Origin: the human T2T-CHM13v2.0 reference genome, Homo sapiens
Reading direction: 5' to 3' (one strand)
Length of the DNA: 64,000 nucleotides
Assembly (NCBI RefSeq): GCF_009914755.1
Contig: NC_060935.1
Positions 51,345 through 64,000 of the stretch are shown here, one piece after another. Each line of letters opens with the position of its first letter. Within the stretch, counting starts at the first letter, position 1. The notes under the pieces are model-generated. The model was not told where the DNA came from, made no database searches, and was given only the letters and a program-made list of their open reading frames with translations. A program made the translations under genes and the position numbers.

Positions 51345-54300
51345 TCAGAATTTGTGGGGACCCCATAGGTATGGGTGCCTGGCGGGGGTCCGGGTGCGGA
51401 CAGTGGTCTCTGGCTCCTGTGCTGCACACAGCCTCCTCATCACCACAGAAGGAAAGCTGTGGAGCTGGGGTCGAAATGAGAAGGCGCAGCTGGGACATGG
51501 TGACACCAAGAGAGTAGAAGCCCCCAGACTCACCGAGGGTCTCAGCCACGAAGTGATTGTGTGCAGCGTGTGCGCGGAACCACACCTTGGCCTTGACGGA
51601 AACGGGCTCCGTGTTTGCGTTTGGGGAAAACAAGATGGGGCAGCTGGGCCTTGGCAACTAGACAGACGCTGTCCCCAGCCCTGTGCAGATAATGTACAAC
51701 AGCCTGCCAATTACCAAAATGGCCTGTGAGGCTGAAAATCAGTATGATAATGGACTGCAAAGGAAACCTCTATTCCTTTGGGTGCCCTGAATATGGTCAG
51801 CTGGGACACAACTCAGATGGGAAGTTCATTGCCCGGGCACAGCAGATAGAGTATGACTGCAAACTAGTTCCCCAGCGAGTGGCCATCTTCATTGAGAAGA
51901 CAAAAGACAGATTCTGCCTGTACCAAATATGTTTATGCGAGACGTGGCCTGTGGCGCTAACCACATGCTGGTCCTGGACTCCCAGAAGTGAGTCTTCTCC
52001 TGGGGCTTCAGTGGCTATGGCTGGCTGGGCTACACAGAGCAGAAGGATGAGATGGTCCCCCGCCTGGTGAAGCTATTTGACTTCCCTGGGCATGGGGCTT
52101 CCCAGATCTATGCTGGTTACACCTGCTCCTTTGCCGTCAGTGAAGTGGGTGGTCTGTTTTTCTGGGGGGCCACCAACACCTCCCATGAATCTACCATGTA
52201 CCCAAAAGCAGTGCAGGACCTCTGCAGCTGGAGAATCTGGAGCCTGGCTTGTGGGAAGAGCAGCATCATTGTGGCAGCCGATGAGAGCACCATCAGCTGG
52301 GGCCCATCACCGACCTTTGGGGAACTGGGCTACAGGGATCACAAGCCCAAGTCTTCCACTGCAGCCCAGGAGGTGAAGACTCTGCATGGCATTTTCTCAG
52401 AGCCGGTCGCCATGGGCTACTCACACTCCTTGGTGATAGCAAGAGATGAAAGTGAAACTGAGAAAGAAAAGATCAAGAAACTGCCAGAATACAGCCCCCA
52501 AACCCTCTGATGCTCCCAGAGACTCCTCCGACTCCACACCTCTCATGGCAGCTGTCATTTCCATGTGCACTGGGACGGGAAGTCAAACAAGGAATTTAAA
52601 AAAGCAAAAGTGGACCGAAGGTGCATTTTTATTTAGACTCCCTGAGGTTCCGTTTTACAAGTGATCCAACGTTAACTACCTTTTTTTCTGTTTGCTTTCC
52701 AAAGACCCTTTTTTCCTCTTAATGTCGAATTAAAATACTTGCTCGTAGTTGACTTACCATTCCTACAAAGAGGCAGAAACTTTGAGCAATCTAGGTGTTT
52801 TTTTTTTCTTTCTTCCTCTCCTGAATACACTCCCCAAAACACTCCTTTCCAGTTATAATTAGCATCGTGATCTAAGTGGATGCTACATGGAAGAGGAATC
52901 GCCATTTACTCAGAAAAAATGTCCCTTACAGGAACCGGCAGCAGCTAGGCGAAGTCGCCGGCCCACCTCCATCCAAAATCATGCTCGCGTGCTTCGGAAG
53001 CATCCGGGTCACTCCTTTCCCGCTTTTTCTTGCAGATCGGCCTAGGCCGGTGTCAGTTCTGTTTCTCCTCTTGGCTGCCTGTACACCCACAGCCTTCTGG
53101 CTGCAACATTATAGAATCAGCTGTGTCCCCCCTGGTGGGGGATTGGGGATCTGTGTTTAGCCACTTATATCTACTTTAGCTGTTAAAGAAGTCCAAATGA
53201 AAATCAGGTGATTATGGAACCATGGGGACTTGGGGGTGGAGCAAAGGTGGGAACATTTGTATCAGTTGAGTCAGCTTCATGGCTCCCTGCGGAGCCAGGG
53301 CTGAGCCTTGTCACACGCACTCGCCAATTAGAGATTGATCAGCCAGCAGTCAAATGCATTCTCCAGTCCTTGCAAGAAGGATCAGCCCTTTCTGTACCAG
53401 CCTCGATCGCCTTGTACTTTGGTCTCCTTTTCTCCCCTGCCTGGATCCTGCCTCGTGCGGGCCATCCTGTTGCTGAGACTCGGGGTACCGTTCTGCTGAC
53501 CCAGCTCCCTTTAGTCACGTTTGCTTGGCTCTAGTACCAAATAGTTGGGATTACCAAAGAGTCCCCTTCCTCACATGTCAGCACGGATGCCGTGACTGCC
53601 ACCCGTGTCCCCGTCAAGTGCCCGTGCCCAAGCTAGCCGCTGTGTGCACTGCACTGAGTGAGTTATGAGGTGCCTTTCCCGGAACCCTCCTCTTGCCTGG
53701 ACCCAAGAGAGGCAACAGCTGGGGCTGGGGCTCTTGGTTTCCAGAGGGTCTGGACTGGTTTGGGTGCTTTAAAATAGATATTTAGTTCAGTGGTGCTTAT
53801 GGGGGAGATGGGACTAGAAACTTAAGTGTGAGATTTGGGTGGATGGGAAAGTTAAATATTGGTCTCTTCAAGTTTTTTCTTTAGCTATTGTTACCACTTG
53901 TCACTGTCTCCATGTTAAAATGCCAAAAATGATCTAGTTGTTGTTACTTTTTTCCCTATTTTCCACCCCAGTCGCTCCTTACCATGACTCCTGCCCTTGG
54001 AGGGCATGTAGCAGTGTCTGTCCAGCCAGTCCCAAGGCCCTGTGGGAAGAGACTGGCCTGCATCTCTCTAAGACTTAGTCTGACGCCACGCGCATCTCTT
54101 GATCTGTGTTCAGTCAGTAGTCCAGGGAAGAAGCTTCTGCCACTTCAGAGTTTGCTAAACTAACCTAATTTGTCCAAATCACCCCAAAACCACCATCTCT
54201 GACTCAAGCTTCCATGCGACAGCCTGATCCATTTCCCTGGACAGGTCTCTCCTGGAACGCAGCCCAGGCACCTGTGCTCCTGGAACCCTTGAGGTCTCTC

Positions 54301-54759
54301 CTTTGAGTCGTGGTCACCGAGAGGGTTGAGGACGCAGCACCTGAGGTCCCAGCCTTTGCAGGAGCCGCCCTGGGCAGAGCTGGACTTAGATCTTCGGTGG
54401 CCTCATGTAAACCCGGCAGCCAGCCTCTTCTAGAACCCTAGCCCAGGGACTGGAGCAGGAAAGGGATCTTCAAAGTGAAGACTGCCTTGTCCCGCACCTC
54501 CTTCTGGATTAGATTGAAAAATGGGCTTCCTAATGGGTTAAATCCTTTAAAACAAAGAGTTGTGGGGGAAGGGTGCCGTGCACTCCTAGAGAAAGGTACA
54601 CAGTTGCCCGGCTGGGAACGTGCTTGGCACATCCCTGCGAGCATCTGACTGGTCTTCTAGCTCAGGAAAAAGAATTTGAAAGAGGCTTAGTGTGAAGGGG
54701 AATCAAAGAGGAGGTTGTGATTTGGTTGAAGGTGCCTGGTTTAGTGCTGTAATTGTCTT

Positions 54760-54763
<4 letters not shown>

Positions 54764-54815
<52 letters not shown>
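54764..54815. repeat. (TA)n microsatellite in the RCC2 retrocopy 3' UTR
   Basis: About 26 TA units. Confidence 0.95.
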
Positions 54816-54816
<1 letters not shown>

Positions 54817-55162
54817 CTTGGAGTAAACATTTTAAATAAACGACATCATTATCTACTGAAAAAATAAAAATAAAAAATAAACATCCTGGTGCTCTCCCTA
54901 GGCAAGTAGGAGGATAACGATACCCAGTGGAAATATTTGTCATCATTCCTTCTTCCTCAGGTTTGGCAGGGCAACGATCATCTGTGGGGCCAGGTACCCA
55001 TACACTATTATTAACATATATTTCAGTAGGATTATCCATCCATGTGACTGCCCAAATTAAGGGCGGGAAAGCCACATAGGCCCAGTGGTATAATTAGCTG
55101 CAGCTGCTCCTGCAGGCATGGGGAGACTTACCACCATTGATACAATCATCAAAGCTGCAAGC

Positions 55163-55469
<307 letters not shown>

Positions 55470-55720
55470 CTACTCTCTGGAGTTTGTGTCACCTTTGTGT
55501 TCTCAAGGCTTTTTTTTTTTTTTAGCTAACTGTGCCAGCTTCTTTAATTGTGCCCAAGTCAGTGGCTCCGCTTTCTTGGTGGATGGCAACTTCGTCTGTT
55601 CTTCTGACATCACCATTCTGTTCATCATATGAGTTGATGGTGCTCGATTGCAGTGTTTCTGTCTCCGCGGAGGCGCTTTTTTTTGCATCTCCGATGGGTT
55701 CATTGCAGAACTTTAAATGT

Positions 55721-59240
<3,520 letters not shown>

Positions 59241-61241
59241 AGAATTTGATAGAATTCTAATAGTGTTTTTCTTTTTTACATCTTGGACATAAGTCAGGTG
59301 GCTCTTTATCTGTTGTTGTTGTAGTAGCTTGAATAGTTATATTTTGTTTTTTTGAGGCTGGGCAATTCTTTTTTAGATGACCAATTTGACCACAATTATA
59401 ACATTTTCCCCCAAATGTTCTAACTTGTCCTCCTAAAGCAACTCCCATTATTGCTTGAGCCATAAGCATAGTTTTATGCATAGCTCCTCCAATTCCATCA
59501 TAGGCTTTTACGTACTCTGAGATTACATCTGATCCTGTGGGAACCTTCCCTTTTAATGGCTTAGTGGCTGATTGACACTCAGGATTGGCGTTTCCATATG
59601 CCATCAACTCCACTATGACCTTACGGGCATTTTCATCGGTAATTGACTTTTGAGCAGCATCTCGGAGCCTTGCCACAAAATCAGGGTAGGGCTTTTTAGA
59701 GCCTTGTCTTATTGTATTGAATGAGGGGCAGGTGGTTCCTGGGTCTTGGATTTTTTTCCCAGGCCCTAAGGCAGATAGCTCTAACTTGCTCAATGGCCTC
59801 ATTTTGCATTATTGCTTGTTGATTAGTAGTGCTCCAATTTTGACCTTTTCCTAATAGTTGATCTGCATCTATGTTAACTGGAGGATTGGCAGCCCTATTT
59901 CTTCAGACCTGTTCTTGTGCCCCATCAATCCACCAACTCTTAAATTGTAAAAATTGAGACAGTGAGAGTGATGATTTGGCCAAAATCTCCCAATCATAAG
60001 GAATGAGTCTATGTCCATGAGCAGTGGAACCTAATAATGTTCTCATATAAGGGGAGTTGGGTCCATACTGTTTTACTCCCTCTTTCATATCTTTTAACAT
60101 TTTTATAGAAAAGGACTCATATCTGGCCCCAACTAGGGTAGGCGCTCCTTCTTGGGCCCCTTCTCCAGGTGGCATCGGTACTGGGAATTGCCACGCCTCA
60201 ATATCTCCTTGTTTCCTTGCCTTATCAATAATTTTATGTAATGCACTACCTTGTCCACTAGGTGGTGCTGTAGGATAAAGTCTTATAGTGGGCGGCTGAG
60301 GCTATAGCGCCCTGCCCTGTGGTGCTGGAAACACTCCTGGCTGTCCATACTGATTTTCTGGGGGCGGCCGATACTGAAGTTCGGCTGGCGGCCAGTATTG
60401 ATAGGCTACTGGCGGTTGGGTCTTATTTTCTACCGGCTGATATTGTGGATACTGTATTTGGATTGGCGTTGCCATGACAGAGACTCTCTATTTGATATTC
60501 TCTTGGGGTTTGTACTTGTCTAACCTGCATTTGAGGTTGTAATGTTACAGGCATCTGAACCGCTGGAAGAGGAGTTGGCCATCATGGTTTAGACTCTGAT
60601 GGCCCCGCTAATTCTGGACCTTTTTCTTCTAATTCTAATGCTTCAGGATATATTACCTCCTGTAATTGATTGTAGTCAACATTTTGCATTGACCGAGCCA
60701 TTACAGACTCTGCTACATATTTACAATGTGAACTTTTGAACTTTCCATTCCTTTCTGGGATTCTATCCCTGCCTATTCTTCACAATCTATTACACAGCTT
60801 TCAGGGGCATCAGCAACTGAAACGCTATCTTCTCCTGTTTGAAACAGTTCTAAATTAGCTGCTTTAATAATGGCCCAATCATTCCATACGGTAAGTGGGA
60901 TGATTTTACCCTTCCTACTTGCTTGTTTTAATTCTTTGCCAATTTTTTCCCAATCTTTTAGATCTAAAGTTCCCTGTTCTAGAAACCATGGGCAGAATTG
61001 TTCTATTGTTTGAAATAGCGTGATTAGATTTTTTTGTAGAGACTCTAACTCCCCCCTTTTTAAAAGAATTTTAATAAAGCTGAGATAAGAGGCATATTTA
61101 CTTTCAGTTTGCCCCATTGTTACCCTAGGTTCTTCCGAGGGCACAAGCTTACCACAAGACTGACTGTAGACGTACTCGGGAATCTCTCATCAACTTGTTC
61201 TCAATGACCACGCTCTAGCTCACCTTCACCCTAGAGAAAAG

Positions 61242-61259
61242 CACCCACGTTGGGCACCA
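61242..61259 (-). promoter_or_regulatory. Primer binding site (tRNA-Lys)
   Basis: Reverse complement TGGTGCCCAACGTGGGTG two bases after the 5' LTR end. Confidence 0.9.
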
Positions 61260-61261
61260 GA

Positions 61262-62423
61262 TGAAGGGGTGGCCAGCCCCTCTACACCTGTGGGCGTTTC
61301 TCATCAGGTGGGACGAGAGACTGAGAAAAGAAATAAGAGGCTGGGTGCGGTGGGTCACGCCTGTAATCCCCGCACTTTGGGAGGCCGAGGCCGGTGGATC
61401 ACGAGGTCAGGAGATCGAGACCATCCTGGCTAACAGGGTGAAACCCCATCTCTACTAAAAATACAAAAAATTAGCCGGGCCCAGTGGCGGGTGCCTGTAG
61501 TCCCAGCTACTCAGGAGGCTGAGGCAGGAGAGACAGAGACAACGTATAGAGAAAAAAAAGTGGGCCCAGGGGACCGGTGCTCAGCATACGGAGGACCCCC
61601 ACCGGCAACAGTCTCTGAGTTCCCTCAGTATTTACTGATCATTATCTCTACCATCTGGAGAGGGGGATGTGGCAGGACAATAAGTTAATAGAGAGGAGAG
61701 GGTCAGCAGGAAAACATGTGAACAAATGTCTCTGTGTCATAAATAAGGAAAGGTGCTATGCCTTGATGTGCATGTATACAAACATTAAAGAGCAGTATTG
61801 TCGCTAGCACCTCTCACCTCCAGCCCTAAGGCTGTTTTCTCCTATCTCAGTAAATAGAACATACAATCGGGTTTTAAACCCAGACATTCTATTGCCCAGG
61901 GACAAGCAGGAGACAGATGCCTTCCTCTTATCACAACTGCAAAGAGGCCTTCCTCTTTTACTAATGCTCCTCAGCACAGACCCTTTACGGGTGGGGTGTC
62001 GGGCTGGGGGACAGTGTCGGGCTGGGGGACGGTCAGGTCTTTCCCTTCCCACAAGGCCATATCTCAGGCTATCACATGGGGAGAAACCTTGGACAATACC
62101 TGGCTTTCCTAGGCAGAGGTCCCTGCAGCCTTCCGCAGTGTATTGTGTCCCTGGGTACTTGAAATTAGAGAATGGTAATGACTTTTAACAAGCATACTGC
62201 CTTCAAGCACTTTTTTAACAAAGCACAGCCTGCATAGCCCTAAATCCATTAAACCTTGAGTCAACACAGCACGTCTCTGCGACACAGGGTTGGGGTAGGG
62301 TTACAGATTAACAGCATCTCAAGGCAGAAGAATTTTTCTTAGTACAGAACAAAATAGAGTCTCTTATGTCTACTTCTTTCTACATAGACACAGTAACAGC
62401 CTGATCTCTTTCGTTTCCCCACA
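61262..62423 (-). mobile_element. 5' LTR (LTR5B-like) of the provirus, with a truncated Alu in U5
   Basis: tgaagggg...ttccccaca; colinear with 47829-48789 apart from the Alu at 61339-61531 and small indels. Confidence 0.95.

Positions 62424-64000
<1,577 letters not shown>

Noticed and set aside
52052-52510. 152-aa RCC2 C-terminal ORF as a functional retrogene
   Set aside because: Upstream frame is broken by stops, frameshifts, an Alu and the LTR patch; a partial beta-propeller is unlikely to fold.
61996-62031. 18-bp tandem duplication in the 5' LTR
   Set aside because: Small post-integration slippage; useful only as an LTR divergence marker.

Overview
Human (primate) genomic DNA, Alu-dense, carrying the 5' half of ASRGL1 (isoaspartyl peptidase/L-asparaginase, an Ntn hydrolase; recognised as the 11q12.3 locus) on the + strand: CpG-island promoter, non-coding exon 1 and coding exons 2-4 (codons 1-164). 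Upstream lie a full-length NPM1 processed pseudogene and several solo LTRs. Intron 4 holds an old, antisense, type-2 HERV-K(HML-2) provirus (47829-62423) that is a nested stack: a full-length RCC2 processed pseudogene sits in env, and that retrocopy itself holds an AluY and a ~160-bp patch that best matches the provirus's own 5' LTR. The most striking structure is that the provirus has no 5-6-bp target-site duplication: its right flank (62424 to window end) is a second copy of DNA that starts 4.86 kb upstream of its left end (42972 onward), consistent with a kilobase-scale target-site duplication. Other notable items: a 5'-truncated SVA at the exon-3 branch-point region, a tailless tRNA-Gln half retrocopy, a possibly APOBEC3-hypermutated LTR6, a hAT transposase fossil and several templated-insertion repair scars. 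All calls are from reading the sequence; repeat subfamily names come from recalled consensus sequences and need RepeatMasker/Dfam confirmation. Most of the dozens of Alu copies are not listed individually.
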